Shown here piece after piece: positions 49,495 to 61,021 of a stretch of DNA of 64,000 nt. A program made the position numbers and the translations under genes. The notes beneath the pieces are model-generated. The model had not been told where the DNA came from. It saw only the letters and a list, made by a program, of their open reading frames with translations, and made no database searches. Origin of the DNA: a virus; IMG/VR virus record IMGVR_UViG_3300025154_000073, positions 9,045 through 73,044 of that record. One strand, 5' to 3'. Each line of letters begins with the position of its first letter. Within the stretch, counting starts at the first letter, position 1.

Positions 49495-50285
49495 AATTTT
49501 ACGTTATCGGATATAAAGGTTATATAGGCAGAGAACTTATGAGAAGAGGCTTTCTGGCTTTGGACTGTGATGTGAGAGACAGAGCATCTGTTCAAAGGGC
49601 GGCGAAATACTCCAAGCCCGATCTTGTAATTCACCTTGCAGGACATTCATCTGTAAACTTCTGCGAGGAGAAAAAGAACGAAAGAGAGGTCACGGACGTA
49701 AATGTGATGGGGGCTGGCAATGTATTTAGAGTTATGTCAGACTCAAGGATTCCGTGCGTCTTTATATCATCAGACCACATTTTTCATGGGGGGGTATTTG
49801 AGACACATAAGGAAGATTCCAAACTTACCCGACCAGTCAATTTCTACGGACTTTGTAAATTAGCAGCCGAGCAGTCCGCACAAATTTTTGACGCAAACAT
49901 CATACGGACTTCGTACATTTTTGACTCCACCCGTCTTTATGACGACATATTGGATATGGATTTAAGGAAATATCCGACATTTATAAAAAGGTCTTTCCTG
50001 CATCTGTATGATTTCTGCGATATGTTGAAAAAATACTGCGATAATTTTTACACAATGCCGAAAGTGCTACACTTATCTGGAAGTATGGTGGTTTCGTGGC
50101 ATACATTCGCTAAAGAAATTGCAAGACAATATGGCTATAAATCCCCCAAACCCAGGTTCTTTGACAACAAGAATTTCCCTCCGCGCCCTCATAATGGGGG
50201 GCTGGATGTAAGTCTTTCCCATTCTTTAGGCTTCCCAGGCGTGAACTACGTAAGCGGAATTGAGAGGATGAAACATGAAGGTTAG
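49491..50285 (+). CDS. RmlD-like NAD(P)-dependent sugar reductase
   Basis: GYKGYIG, ISSDHIF, PVNFYGLCK, IIRTS. Confidence 0.8.
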   Translation: MKFYVIGYKGYIGRELMRRGFLALDCDVRDRASVQRAAKYSKPDLVIHLAGHSSVNFCEEKKNEREVTDVNVMGAGNVFRVMSDSRIPCVFISSDHIFHGGVFETHKEDSKLTRPVNFYGLCKLAAEQSAQIFDANIIRTSYIFDSTRLYDDILDMDLRKYPTFIKRSFLHLYDFCDMLKKYCDNFYTMPKVLHLSGSMVVSWHTFAKEIARQYGYKSPKPRFFDNKNFPPRPHNGGLDVSLSHSLGFPGVNYVSGIERMKHEG

Positions 50286-50937
50286 TTTTGTAATACCAAG
50301 CTGGAATCACTTTGAGTTGGTCAATCAGCTTCTTGTAGATATTCGAGATAACTGCACTCCCGATGAAATCATTGTGGTAGACGACTGCTCCACAGACCAG
50401 AAAGCCATAGATGGGCTAGATTGGTGGCGAGACAATTATGGCGTAACGGTTCTCAAAACTCCTGAAAATCAAGGGTTTCTTAGAACGTCCAACTTTGGCA
50501 TGAAACAAGCCAGTGGAGATATTATCTGTCTGATCTCCACTGACGTGAGAATTTATAAAGACATCGCTCTTATAGCTAAAGGAGCGCAACAGATTGAAGG
50601 AAAGATATTGTTGGGTGGAAAATATTACAACGAGAGTACGGGGTGGAACTATTTTGGTGGACGCATTTTCCCTTACATCGAGGGTTGGTTGCTGATTGCC
50701 AAAAAAGAACATTGGGAAGAATTAGGATATTTTGACGAGCGTTACGCCCCGAACGATTTTGAAGATGTGTGTCTTTCTACAACGGCAATTTCTAAAGGAT
50801 TTAGCTTGGCTCGAATAACCCCAGACGCGGGGACGGTAGTTGAACATATTGGAGCGCAGTCAATTGGGTATACAGAAGAAAGACGCGCCCTGACCGAAAG
50901 AAACAGGGTGAAGTTTGCGGAGAAGTGGATAAAATGA
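50275..50937 (+). CDS. Glycosyltransferase family 2
   Basis: VSFVIPSWN, VVDDCSTD, NQGF, FDERY, FEDV. Confidence 0.85.
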   Translation: MKVSFVIPSWNHFELVNQLLVDIRDNCTPDEIIVVDDCSTDQKAIDGLDWWRDNYGVTVLKTPENQGFLRTSNFGMKQASGDIICLISTDVRIYKDIALIAKGAQQIEGKILLGGKYYNESTGWNYFGGRIFPYIEGWLLIAKKEHWEELGYFDERYAPNDFEDVCLSTTAISKGFSLARITPDAGTVVEHIGAQSIGYTEERRALTERNRVKFAEKWIK

Positions 50938-51956
50938 TAGAAGAATTAGAACTTGAACCTCAAGTAAAAACCTGGCAAGTTGCCGAGAAACCAAAAATAA
51001 AGGTGCTATGTCTCTCGATCTGGTATCCCCTCTCGATGAGTCGCTACTTCGAGCGGGCTTTTCGCAGGCGTGACGACATAGATTTTATTGCGGCAGGTTC
51101 TTATACAGGCTCTAATATCCCCTGGATGGGAGGACTCAACCTTTTAGAGAAGTACGCAAAAGTCCCCGAACTTCCTCTGCCCTTTCCTCCGAATGTTAAC
51201 AAAATTTCGTATGACTTCGTAAAGGCGCAACTTCCTAAAGATTGGATACCTGACTTGGTTTTGGCAATAGATGCTGGAGTTAACTGGACATCCAAGCCTC
51301 AGGATGGACTTGTTGCAACTATTGCAACAGACCCGCATTGCCTGAATTATGACCACCAACGCAAGATTTCAGACAAGTTCTTCAACATGCAGTTATGCTA
51401 TTCACAACAGGGAGACATATATCTTCCGTATGCTTACGACCCCTCGGTTCACTATCTTATGGTTCACACTCTTGAGGGGGAGGACTCTTTCTCGCAAAAA
51501 TTGGACGTAGCCAACCTGTTCAGAGACACAGACGCAGTTCTTATAGGAATGCCCTACGAGAAAAGAGTCAAGTGGGTGAATGAACTTAGAAAACACGGTG
51601 TTTCTGTCATCTTCGAGAACTCCCCTGTTTTTGATGAGTATCGGGAACTTGCGAACAGGGCACGAGTGGGATTGAACTGGTCATCGCTCAACGATCTAAA
51701 TGCAAGAGCATTTGAAACTCCCGCCTTTGGACTTGCGCCAGTAATGAACCGAGTTCCAGACGCGCACTTGTTTTTGACTGAAAATGAGGATTATCTTGGA
51801 TTTGACGATTTGGGCGAGGCGGTAGAAAAGGTTCTGTATCTCAAAAACAACCCAAAAGAAATTGAACGTCTTGCCGTCAACGCCTATGAAAAGATTCTCC
51901 CGCACACTTACGATGCCCGTGTTCAACAATTGTTAGAGGAGTGCGGTTTCGCATAA
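50934..51956 (+). CDS. CgeB/YkvP-like GT-B glycosyltransferase
   Basis: YLPYAYDP, LNARAFE, HTYDARV. Confidence 0.75.
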   Translation: MIEELELEPQVKTWQVAEKPKIKVLCLSIWYPLSMSRYFERAFRRRDDIDFIAAGSYTGSNIPWMGGLNLLEKYAKVPELPLPFPPNVNKISYDFVKAQLPKDWIPDLVLAIDAGVNWTSKPQDGLVATIATDPHCLNYDHQRKISDKFFNMQLCYSQQGDIYLPYAYDPSVHYLMVHTLEGEDSFSQKLDVANLFRDTDAVLIGMPYEKRVKWVNELRKHGVSVIFENSPVFDEYRELANRARVGLNWSSLNDLNARAFETPAFGLAPVMNRVPDAHLFLTENEDYLGFDDLGEAVEKVLYLKNNPKEIERLAVNAYEKILPHTYDARVQQLLEECGFA

Positions 51957-52354
51957 ATATTATGACAGGCTCATATTCTTTTGAAGATTATCTTTACCCG
52001 CGAGCATCTGGCGGATGGTCTATTATAAATAATTACATTCCTCCAAACGAGAAGAAAACGTATTTCAAATGCGAAAGCTGTGGCGCAAAATACGTTATTC
52101 CAGAAATGAAGGGCGCAAATCTGATAAGGCTTGTTTGTTCGGGGTGCGGAGGAAATCTTGAAGAAGTTCAAAAGTAAACCTCTTGCTTTTGTAGCGTCAA
52201 CCCTTGTATCTCACAAGGGAACGAATAGGAAATTTGTTAAGAAGTACATCGTCATTTCCAAGTCCATCCCCAAGAATACCGAGGACTTGGGCGCAATGGA
52301 AAACGAGGAATTCCTAGAGTCTAAACAGCTTCTAGGATATGAGGTAGTAATCAA

Positions 52355-52672
52355 ATGACACAAGCTCCGAAGGTAATTAGAATTCAAGGTCGCGCAAGAC
52401 GCGCCTACGATGAAGGCAAAGAAATCTACCGTGAGGATAAGATATACGTCCCTTCCGAAAAGGCGTGGTTCTACACAATAGATACTGACAGCCATTTTGT
52501 GTACAGACAGGATTGGAGAGTTGGTTCGTCTCTTATGTGTTCGTGCGGAAGTACTGGCGGAATATATAATCCAGATGTTTACATGCGCTTTACTTCCATA
52601 AATAGGGGTAGACTAATTTGTTGTAATTCCATGATGCAACGCGGAATTCACGGTGACGGAAGTTCAGCATGA
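52355..52672 (+). CDS. Hypothetical protein
   Basis: Coupled ORF, Cys-containing. Confidence 0.45.
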   Translation: MTQAPKVIRIQGRARRAYDEGKEIYREDKIYVPSEKAWFYTIDTDSHFVYRQDWRVGSSLMCSCGSTGGIYNPDVYMRFTSINRGRLICCNSMMQRGIHGDGSSA

Positions 52673-53544
52673 ATCTTGTTATCGGAGCTAACGGTCTCGT
52701 AGGGTCTGCCCTAATGAGACACCTGTCTGACGCGGTGGGAACATTCCACACAAACAAAGACAATCTGTGTCCAGATAGAAAATATGAGTATTTGGACGTA
52801 ACAGACTCTAAGAATATTGCAGATGTATTCAAGAAGCACAAACCCAAAAAGGTGTTTCTTGCCGCCGCCAATCCCCATGTGGACGCCTGCGAAAAGCCCA
52901 ATACGGATATTGTGAATGTTGACGGGCTGAAACAGGTCATCTTAATTTCTGCAATCTTTCGCTCGCAACTTATATTCTTTTCTTCGTCCTATGTATTTGA
53001 TGGAAAGAGTCAGACAGCCTACAAGCCAACCGATGACCCCTATCCCATCAATAGATATGGCAGGCAGAAGGAAATCATAGAGAACTGCATATTTGAGTTT
53101 AGTGATGAAGTGCAATATTTGATTATTCGCACCGTAGGAGTATTTGGAGAAGAAGGAAAGCCCAAGAATTTTGTCTCCCAAATAATCAAAGCGGTGGCTG
53201 AAAACAAAAAGGTACACGTCCCCACCGACCAGACCATGAATCCTGTGTATGCAATGGACTTGGCGAAAGTCGTCATTCACTTGTCCAATAGATATATGGA
53301 CGAGGTGTTTCACGTCGCTGGCGATAAGTGTATGAGCAAGTACGACTTCGCTATAAAAATAGCCTATAAACTAGGATGCACCAAGCCACACGATCTTATT
53401 GTTGGTGTAAAGTCTGAGGACATGAAACAGGTTGCCAACCGTCCTTCCAATGGGTGTTTGGATTGCCGAACTCTGGAGACAAGAGCGATGAATGTTCCAA
53501 ACTTTGAAAAAGGACTGGCGAAATTTCTGGAAGGTAAAAAATGA
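52669..53544 (+). CDS. RmlD-like dTDP-sugar reductase
   Basis: GANGLVG, FSSSYVFDG, PINRYGRQK, DQTMNP. Confidence 0.85.
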   Translation: MNLVIGANGLVGSALMRHLSDAVGTFHTNKDNLCPDRKYEYLDVTDSKNIADVFKKHKPKKVFLAAANPHVDACEKPNTDIVNVDGLKQVILISAIFRSQLIFFSSSYVFDGKSQTAYKPTDDPYPINRYGRQKEIIENCIFEFSDEVQYLIIRTVGVFGEEGKPKNFVSQIIKAVAENKKVHVPTDQTMNPVYAMDLAKVVIHLSNRYMDEVFHVAGDKCMSKYDFAIKIAYKLGCTKPHDLIVGVKSEDMKQVANRPSNGCLDCRTLETRAMNVPNFEKGLAKFLEGKK

Positions 53545-53734
53545 AATCAATAATTACGCAGATTACGTTTCCACATATCTCTACCCATTGTTCTTATCTC
53601 CAATCGGAAGAAAGCCTGAAATATGTGAGATGTTATATATTAGAACATAAATGGATAACAGATGATGGAAAACCTCCCTATGATGGAGAATACTGTTTGT
53701 GCGGAAAGACGACATATTATAGTGGGTAGTCTAA

Positions 53735-55054
53735 TTGAATCTTGACGAGGATAAGAAGAACCTCAAAGAGCAGATACTCGCTCTTTCATCAATCTACACA
53801 AAGAAAAGACTACAAACTAAATTCATAAAAGGCGAGACTTACATCCCTGCTTCTGGCTCTCTGCTGGAAGAGGAAGAGGTTAATAACCTTATTGAGGTCG
53901 CTCTGAGTGGGTGGGTAACAGAGGGTGAATATTCAAAGGCGTTTTCAAAGGGTCTTAGAGAATATCTCAATTCAAGATTTTGCACATTATGTAATTCAGG
54001 CTCAAGTGCAAACCTTCTGGCAATCACAGCAACTACGCAAAAAGAGTTTGGAAGAAAAGCCGCCAAAGAAGGGGATGAGTTTATTACCGCCGCAGTTGGA
54101 TTTCCAACGACAGTTTCAGGTCTTGTTCAAAATGGAATAGTCCCCGTATTTGTTGACATAAATCCCGTATCTCTTACTCCAGACGTTGAACTCATAGAAC
54201 AGGCAGTAGTTGAGGGAAAAACGAAGGGAATCATCCTTGCTCACGCTTTAGGGAGTCCGTATGATGTGGATTCAATTCGAGACATTTGCGATGAGTATGG
54301 GATATGGCTAATCGAGGACGTTTGTGATGCCGTAGGAAGTCGGTATAACGGAGAACTGGTAGGGACTCAAGGCTCAATGGCTACCATGTCCTTCTTTCCC
54401 GCACACCACATCAATACGGGTCAGGGAGGTGCAATCTTCACAAATGATGGACTTGTCAAAAAAGTTTTAGACAGTCTACACGCCTGGGGACGGAGTTGTT
54501 ATTGCCTTCCTGGACAAGACAATACTTGCGGAAAGAGATTTGGTTATTGTATTGGTAAAGACATTGAGTATGACCACAAGTATGTTTTTGACAGAATAGG
54601 TTACAATCTTCAAATCACAGACATGCAATCAGCTATTGGGCTAGCTCAACTTGATAAGATAGCGAGATATGAAGAAATCCGAAAACACAACTGGCATAGG
54701 CTGAAAGAGGTATTCTCGGAGTACAAGAAATTCTTTATTCTTCCCCAACCCATCAAGGGTGCAGACCCCTCTTGGTTTGGTTTTCACGTTACCGTAAAAG
54801 GAACTTCGTTTACCCGCAGACAAATAACCGAATACTTGGAAAGCAAGAAGATTGGCACAAGGCTTTTGTTTGGCGGAAATCTTCTTCAACAGCCCGCTTT
54901 CAAACACATTCCCCATAAAGTATTTGGAACTCTGGAAGAAAGCAATCTTATAACCTCAAATACTTTTTGGTTGGGTATTCATCCTGGGATTGACGACGAG
55001 AGACTTTCGTATGTTATTGACACTCTTCACGAATTTATGAGTTCTTATAAATGA
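53735..55054 (+). CDS. rfbH: DegT/DnrJ-family enzyme, RfbH/DdhC type (CDP-4-keto-6-deoxyglucose-3-dehydrase-like)
   Basis: NSGSSANL, GFPTT, SFFPAHHI (His in place of Lys), WGRSCYCLPGQDNTCGKRF, YDHKYVF. Confidence 0.85.
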   Translation: MNLDEDKKNLKEQILALSSIYTKKRLQTKFIKGETYIPASGSLLEEEEVNNLIEVALSGWVTEGEYSKAFSKGLREYLNSRFCTLCNSGSSANLLAITATTQKEFGRKAAKEGDEFITAAVGFPTTVSGLVQNGIVPVFVDINPVSLTPDVELIEQAVVEGKTKGIILAHALGSPYDVDSIRDICDEYGIWLIEDVCDAVGSRYNGELVGTQGSMATMSFFPAHHINTGQGGAIFTNDGLVKKVLDSLHAWGRSCYCLPGQDNTCGKRFGYCIGKDIEYDHKYVFDRIGYNLQITDMQSAIGLAQLDKIARYEEIRKHNWHRLKEVFSEYKKFFILPQPIKGADPSWFGFHVTVKGTSFTRRQITEYLESKKIGTRLLFGGNLLQQPAFKHIPHKVFGTLEESNLITSNTFWLGIHPGIDDERLSYVIDTLHEFMSSYK

Positions 55055-55270
55055 ACAGACCTAATTGGTTTCCCAAAGATAAACCCTGGTGGAAATATTA
55101 TCCGCCTATTTTTTCTTTTGATTTTTTAATATATCATATTACAATACGGAAGGTAATTTTGTTTGAGATTCAACGCTTTCCAAGTAGACAAGTTGGATAT
55201 AATAATAAATTGTGTTTCTTGTGTTTTGAAATTACATGGCTTCCGTCAGGAATTTTATGAAGGACTGCAA

Positions 55271-55906
55271 ATGAGAGACTATAAACGAATAGATTCATAC
55301 CTGAATATTCTGGCAAAAGACATCTATCCCCAGCCACCGGACGATGAACATACTTCTTTAGCGAAAGAGATTATTGATATATGTATGCCATATATAGGTT
55401 GCGAGTCGGTTCTTGACATTGGGGCGGGACAGGGAATGGGCGAAGCCATGTTCAAGGCTCATTTTGTAAATAATTACGAGGGTATTGCGCTTGGGAGCGA
55501 TGTGGAAGAGGCTCAAAAACTTGGAAGAAACGTAAAAGAGATGGATTTCCATTTTCTTGAATATCCAGACGACTCCTTTCAACTCGTATTCGCAAGACAC
55601 GTCCTAGAACACTCGCCCATGCCTCTGCTGGCTCTGATGGAATGGCACAGGGTTTCCAGTCTATATCTTCTTCTGGTTCTGCCCGCTCCCGAACATTACG
55701 GATACATAGGCAGAAATCACTACTCTGTCATGGGAAAACAGCAAGCCAAGTGGCTCTTGAGAAGGGCTGGCTGGCATGTTGTAGCCAAAGGATACACAGA
55801 TACGGAATATAGATTTTTGTGTGAGAAATTGCCTGTTCTGGGGTACGAGGGGTTTGCGAAAATCCCACTTTCCACCCAATTATACGAGGAGGACAGAGAT
55901 GCTTGA
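55271..55906 (+). CDS. Class I SAM-dependent methyltransferase
   Basis: VLDIGAGQG, FARHVLEHSPMP. Confidence 0.8.
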   Translation: MRDYKRIDSYLNILAKDIYPQPPDDEHTSLAKEIIDICMPYIGCESVLDIGAGQGMGEAMFKAHFVNNYEGIALGSDVEEAQKLGRNVKEMDFHFLEYPDDSFQLVFARHVLEHSPMPLLALMEWHRVSSLYLLLVLPAPEHYGYIGRNHYSVMGKQQAKWLLRRAGWHVVAKGYTDTEYRFLCEKLPVLGYEGFAKIPLSTQLYEEDRDA

Positions 55907-56675
55907 TGTTTCGATTGTTATGGGAGCTTTGGGCAGACCCGAAGAAACGCGGCGCACGCTTAAATCATATACGAAATTGACCTATCCAAATTGGGAATTG
56001 ATTTTTATGAATCCCACCAGACCACAGGTTGGTGAGGATAATCTGGAATCCTTATATAACGAGTTCAAGGATGTTTTGCCTATTAGATATTATCATCTAA
56101 ACGAATCGGAGTGTCGAACGCCTGCGGCGACTTGGAACACTGGAATGAACTATGCGGAGGGTAAGTTCGTAGTAGTTTGTAGCGCAGACATTCTTTTGTC
56201 TTATCCCGACCTGATTGAAAGATATTTGTCTCAATACACTGGTATAAGAATAAGCGTTAATACATATAGGCTTACCAGAGACATGACCGCCTCTTTAGAC
56301 TCTGTGGATTGGTTTGGAAATCCGGATATAATCCAAACTTTTCCGGGGTTTCTCGATACAGAGATAGAGGGACAAGCCAACGCGGCTCGTCTGTCCGCCG
56401 GATTGCTCACCCACCATACGGGCATGACAAAAGAAAGGTGGGAGTGGTTCGGGAAGTTTAGAACCGAAGTTTCCCATCTTGTAAATGACCAAGATATAGT
56501 AAAAAGGGAATTTGCTTTGAATGTTGGGGTTGACACTATGGAAGGATATGTAGCTTATCATCAAGCACATCCTCCGCTAATCGGATCGTTTCAACCAGTT
56601 TCTTCACCTGGATGGCAATATGCTAACGAAATGCAGGCTAGACTACTTGAGCCTGCTACAAGAGACGCCGCATGA
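55899..56675 (+). CDS. Glycosyltransferase family 2-like
   Basis: VSIVM, AATWNTG, SADIL, HQAH. Confidence 0.7.
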   Translation: MLDVSIVMGALGRPEETRRTLKSYTKLTYPNWELIFMNPTRPQVGEDNLESLYNEFKDVLPIRYYHLNESECRTPAATWNTGMNYAEGKFVVVCSADILLSYPDLIERYLSQYTGIRISVNTYRLTRDMTASLDSVDWFGNPDIIQTFPGFLDTEIEGQANAARLSAGLLTHHTGMTKERWEWFGKFRTEVSHLVNDQDIVKREFALNVGVDTMEGYVAYHQAHPPLIGSFQPVSSPGWQYANEMQARLLEPATRDAA

Positions 56676-57307
56676 TTTCCCGCCTGATACATCAAGTTTG
56701 GATTGGCGATCAATCTAAAAGACCTGAAAAACTTATGAACACGTGGAGAGAACTAAACCCAAATTGCGAATATATGATGTGGACAGAGGAAGCTCTGTTA
56801 GAGTTTAGTTTTGTAAACCAGTCTAAAATTGACATCATGGAAGACATGAATGGTAAGTGCGATATTATGCGGTTTGAAATACTTTATAAATATGGTGGTT
56901 TTTTGGTAGACGCTGATAGCGAATGCGTCAACGCACTTGACGACTTCTTCTTTGATAATGACAGGTTTACGTGCTACGAAAACGAGCAGGTTGGAATAGA
57001 TACCGAGACTGGAATTACGCTTATTTCAGAAGGGTTTATGGGCTATCAAAAAGAGGATGGGCTTTGTCGTGAGTGTATAGCAGAACTTGGTAGAATTGAC
57101 ATGCAAAATAAGAGGGGATGGGAAGTAACTGGAAACAGATTTTTTGCCACCATGATAGACAAGTGGAAAGATGCGTATCCCATGAAGATATATCCTAGCT
57201 GGTACTTCATCCCCAAGCATGGAACTGGCGAGGAATACAAAGGTGATGGGAAGATATACTCAAAACATTATTGGGGCAGTACGTTTGGGCTTTACGGAGA
57301 TTTATGA
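56672..57307 (+). CDS. GT32-like (DXD sugar-binding) glycosyltransferase
   Basis: IHQVWIG, DIMRFEILYKYGGFLVDAD. Confidence 0.85.
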   Translation: MISRLIHQVWIGDQSKRPEKLMNTWRELNPNCEYMMWTEEALLEFSFVNQSKIDIMEDMNGKCDIMRFEILYKYGGFLVDADSECVNALDDFFFDNDRFTCYENEQVGIDTETGITLISEGFMGYQKEDGLCRECIAELGRIDMQNKRGWEVTGNRFFATMIDKWKDAYPMKIYPSWYFIPKHGTGEEYKGDGKIYSKHYWGSTFGLYGDL

Positions 57308-57984
57308 AGATAATCGTAGCGGTGCGTTGTTATAACGAATCTAAGAATGTGGAAAGACTCGTGCGTGGGTATGATTTTGCCGATGAAATCCTCGTATCTG
57401 ATGGCGGGTCAAGCGACGATTCGGTGGAGAAGTTGAGTAAATATCCAAAAGTAAGGATAATACACTTCTCTCAATTCGAGGAAAAGGAAGGTCTTAGGTG
57501 GAATCCCGACAATCCCCACATAAACTTTCTACTAGACGAGGCAAAAAGGTCTGATCCAGACATTATTATATATGACGATTTTGACAATGTGCCAAACTAT
57601 CTTCTGAGAGATAACGCCAGAGACATTCTTGAGAAGTGCGACAAGCCACAGGTCAATGCTTTCAGACTTTATATGTGGGGCGACACAAGCTACTTCCCGT
57701 ACATGAATAGAGACTTCGATCCCGCTTATCGTTCCCTGTGGGCATGGAAACCTAGAGAGATAAACATCCGAGCAGACGAGACCCTTAGACATGGATCAAT
57801 CATAGGAACTACCCCACAAGACTTTCTGCCAATTGAACTTCCCATGTGCCTTCTTCATAAATCATGGCATCCAGACACGGTGGACGCTAAAATCTCAAAG
57901 TACAAACTTTTTGGTATTGACATGGGGCACCCTCTTACAGAGTATGGAAATCCAATAGCATTGCCGGAGTATGCACACGAATGA
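57304..57984 (+). CDS. Glycosyltransferase family 2
   Basis: CYNES, ADEILVSDGGSSDDS, YDDFD. Confidence 0.8.
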   Translation: MKIIVAVRCYNESKNVERLVRGYDFADEILVSDGGSSDDSVEKLSKYPKVRIIHFSQFEEKEGLRWNPDNPHINFLLDEAKRSDPDIIIYDDFDNVPNYLLRDNARDILEKCDKPQVNAFRLYMWGDTSYFPYMNRDFDPAYRSLWAWKPREINIRADETLRHGSIIGTTPQDFLPIELPMCLLHKSWHPDTVDAKISKYKLFGIDMGHPLTEYGNPIALPEYAHE

Positions 57985-58235
57985 AACTAATACTAAAAGA
58001 TTTAAGCGAATCGGTTATAGATTTAGAAGAACCAGAAATCAGGATTGTAGACAAGCGACATCCCGAACGTTCCTATGTGATTAATTTGGTTGGTGGTTAC
58101 ATGATGTTAGATGCTGAATATGCAAATAGATTTCCGCGTAAGTCTTTCCATGTAACTATGGACTCTTCCGCAGAAATTGTCGAGATGGAAATGGACAAAG
58201 AGTTCATAGAAAGGGTAACAAAGTATGGGACTTAG
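57981..58235 (+). CDS. Hypothetical protein
   Basis: Coupled ORF. Confidence 0.45.
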   Translation: MKLILKDLSESVIDLEEPEIRIVDKRHPERSYVINLVGGYMMLDAEYANRFPRKSFHVTMDSSAEIVEMEMDKEFIERVTKYGT

Positions 58236-59481
58236 AATTGCCCTTGTAATGCCGAAGTCTACTTTTCTTGAGTCTCCAATGGTATTTCAGCCACTTGGAT
58301 TATTCTATATAGCGTCTCGCTTAGAGTCTATGGGACATAAAACATATTTCTTTGATTTGAATGTGGACGACTTCCCAGAAGATATATATGATGAGATTTG
58401 GGTGTCTGCTACCTCACCTCAAATGGCGGAAATAAAAAGGATTGGAAAGATATTATCCAAATACAAAGCCAAGACCGTTATTGGCGGGGCGAGTGTATGG
58501 GCGCATCCAGAAGGGTGTAAAGATTTAGGTTATGATTTGATGGTTGGGGGAGAGGCGGACGAACCAAATAACATGCAGAAGATTCTTGACACAAAAAGTG
58601 GATACCTTTTCTTGCCAGTATCAAAAACTTTAGATTGGGCTTTATCTCCCATTCGCAGGTGGTCTTATAAATATAATTCTTATCTTGAGGGTAGAAATGG
58701 GGAGAAAAGAAAATGCAGCACTTTATTTACATCTCGTGGCTGCCCGTTGGAGTGTGCATTTTGCGAATCTGGAAGGCATGGAATTATTTGGGACAGACTC
58801 ACTCGATACGAACCCTTAGAAATCGTAGAGCAACAAATTAAAGAATGTTACGATTTGGGTTATCGGGCAATTGCAACGTATGATGACATATTGCCTCTTT
58901 CAAAGAAGCGCATGTTCCAAATGATTGAGCTGTTCAAGAAATATGGAATGATTTGGCGTTGCTTCCTGCGGAGCGACATTATCAATAATCAGGGCGGATT
59001 TGAATATATGCAACAAATGGCGGAAGGAGGGTTGGTTGAAATCTTCGTTGGCGTTGAGAGCGCGGACAACCGCATCAAAGAGGGGATTACAAAAAAAACG
59101 ACCATTGAGCAAGACCAGAATATTGTAGATTGGTGCAGGAAGCTAGGGATAAAATGTAAATTGAGCTTTATCCTCGGGCTTCCCGGAGAATCTATGGAAT
59201 CAATGGAAACAACTAGAAGATGGATACTTTCCCAAGACCCCAAAGGTCTTAGGATTCAATTGGGCAGACTTATTCCGTTCAGCGGGACTCCTCTTACAAA
59301 ACATCCCGAAAACTACGATCTGAAATACGAAACTCAAATAGACGATAATTGGTTTTATCGTGGTAAGATGGACATGGAGTCGCATAGTTTTGTGTCTACC
59401 AGCCACTTGGCGGTAGAACAGATAGACACATTCTGGAGAAATCTGGAAAATGAACTCACAGAAAAAGGATACGAAAAATGA
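58225..59481 (+). CDS. B12-binding-domain radical SAM enzyme
   Basis: [32 protein letters not shown]. Confidence 0.85.
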   Translation: MGLRIALVMPKSTFLESPMVFQPLGLFYIASRLESMGHKTYFFDLNVDDFPEDIYDEIWVSATSPQMAEIKRIGKILSKYKAKTVIGGASVWAHPEGCKDLGYDLMVGGEADEPNNMQKILDTKSGYLFLPVSKTLDWALSPIRRWSYKYNSYLEGRNGEKRKCSTLFTSRGCPLECAFCESGRHGIIWDRLTRYEPLEIVEQQIKECYDLGYRAIATYDDILPLSKKRMFQMIELFKKYGMIWRCFLRSDIINNQGGFEYMQQMAEGGLVEIFVGVESADNRIKEGITKKTTIEQDQNIVDWCRKLGIKCKLSFILGLPGESMESMETTRRWILSQDPKGLRIQLGRLIPFSGTPLTKHPENYDLKYETQIDDNWFYRGKMDMESHSFVSTSHLAVEQIDTFWRNLENELTEKGYEK

Positions 59482-59987
59482 AAACAAAATTTATGGGAAA
59501 TAATCAATTTTCAGGAAAGACTTTGGAAGAACGCTTTTGGGAAAAGGTTGACATTCGGAAAGAAGATGAGTGCTGGGAGTGGCAAGGAAGTCGGCATTGG
59601 CAATGGAAATACGGGAATTTTAATTACAATGGAAAAAGCATCGCCGCCCATAGGATTTCTTGGGAATTTTGCAATAAAAAAGAAATTCCGGCGGGGATGT
59701 GCGTATGTCATAAATGCGACAATCCTCCCTGCGTAAACCCAAGTCACCTCTTCTTGGGGACTGTTGCGGATAATAATTTAGATAAAAAAATGAAAGGAAG
59801 ACAAGACGAAAAGGGTGAAAAGAACGGAAGGGCTAAAATAAACAGAAATGACGTTGTTGATATAAGAATCGTCCATAAACTAGGGGCGACCTACGCCAGC
59901 ATTGGCAGAGAATACAGCCTTGATCCGGTTACAATTTCTGGTATATGCAAGGGTAAGCTATGGTCACACATTACGGATGCCCTATGA
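59478..59987 (+). CDS. HNH homing endonuclease
   Basis: RFWEKV...CWEWQG...AHRISW...[16 protein letters not shown]. Confidence 0.9.
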   Translation: MKTKFMGNNQFSGKTLEERFWEKVDIRKEDECWEWQGSRHWQWKYGNFNYNGKSIAAHRISWEFCNKKEIPAGMCVCHKCDNPPCVNPSHLFLGTVADNNLDKKMKGRQDEKGEKNGRAKINRNDVVDIRIVHKLGATYASIGREYSLDPVTISGICKGKLWSHITDAL

Positions 59988-61021
59988 AAAAAATAATACA
60001 CTTCTTGGCTAATGACGGTTCGCCTCTTGGGGTTACTATGAAAAGTTTATGGGGAGAAGATGGAAGGCTCGGATGTGGGGGGGCTGAAAACGCACTATTG
60101 ACCATCTGCGAGGGATTCCACAATCGGGGATATGACGTAACGCTCTACAACAATCCAGACGAAGCCAATGCCAGTCCATTCAAGCAAAAAACACTACAAG
60201 AGTTTGACCCGTCCGAGGACAGGGATTATCTTATAGTTTTTAGAAGCCCCAATTACAGAATTGCAGGCGCGAAAGGTAAAATCATTTGGATGAGCTGCGA
60301 TCAGCACACCGTTGGGGATTTCAAAGAATTTTCTCAAAAAGTTGAAAAGATTGTCGTTATCTCACCTTTTCACGCTCAATACTTCAAGGATATGTATGGC
60401 ATAGAAAACACGGTGGTTATTGATCTGCCCGTGCGAGTCCAGGACTATCAGCATGACGTAAAAAAGGTGTCACAAAGATGTATTTATACGTCTATCCCAG
60501 ACAGAGGGGTTATGCAGTTACACAAAGCGTGGCCACTTATAAACAGGGAAGTTCCTGAGTCATCCCTAGTAATCACGTCTGACTGGCGTTTGTGGGACAA
60601 TCGCATAGATAAATCCTGCGTACAGCCCTTCCAACTTGCCTATGCCCGCCATCCAAAAGTGTCGTATATTGGGGCGGTAAAGAGAGCAGAGCTTATCGAA
60701 TATCAGTTAAGTGCGGAATTACTGCTATATCCATGTATATATGATGAACTTTTTTGCATAACAGTGGCGGAGGCGCAAGTGTCGGGCGCAATTCCAATTA
60801 CTTCTCAAATGGGTGCTATCCAGACGACAAATGAATTTGGCGTTCAGGTAGAGGGCTCTGCAACCGAGGATGACTTTATAAACAGATTCGCCGCGTGCGC
60901 TGTTGCTTACCTAAAAGACCCATACTTGAAAGACAGGCAGATTGAAATGCAGAAGAAAGCAATTGAAAGATTTTCCCTTGACCGCATTTTAGGTGAGTGG
61001 GAGGAAAGGGTATTTGCATGA
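59984..61021 (+). CDS. Glycosyltransferase family 4-like
   Basis: [23 protein letters not shown]. Confidence 0.8.
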   Translation: MKKIIHFLANDGSPLGVTMKSLWGEDGRLGCGGAENALLTICEGFHNRGYDVTLYNNPDEANASPFKQKTLQEFDPSEDRDYLIVFRSPNYRIAGAKGKIIWMSCDQHTVGDFKEFSQKVEKIVVISPFHAQYFKDMYGIENTVVIDLPVRVQDYQHDVKKVSQRCIYTSIPDRGVMQLHKAWPLINREVPESSLVITSDWRLWDNRIDKSCVQPFQLAYARHPKVSYIGAVKRAELIEYQLSAELLLYPCIYDELFCITVAEAQVSGAIPITSQMGAIQTTNEFGVQVEGSATEDDFINRFAACAVAYLKDPYLKDRQIEMQKKAIERFSLDRILGEWEERVFA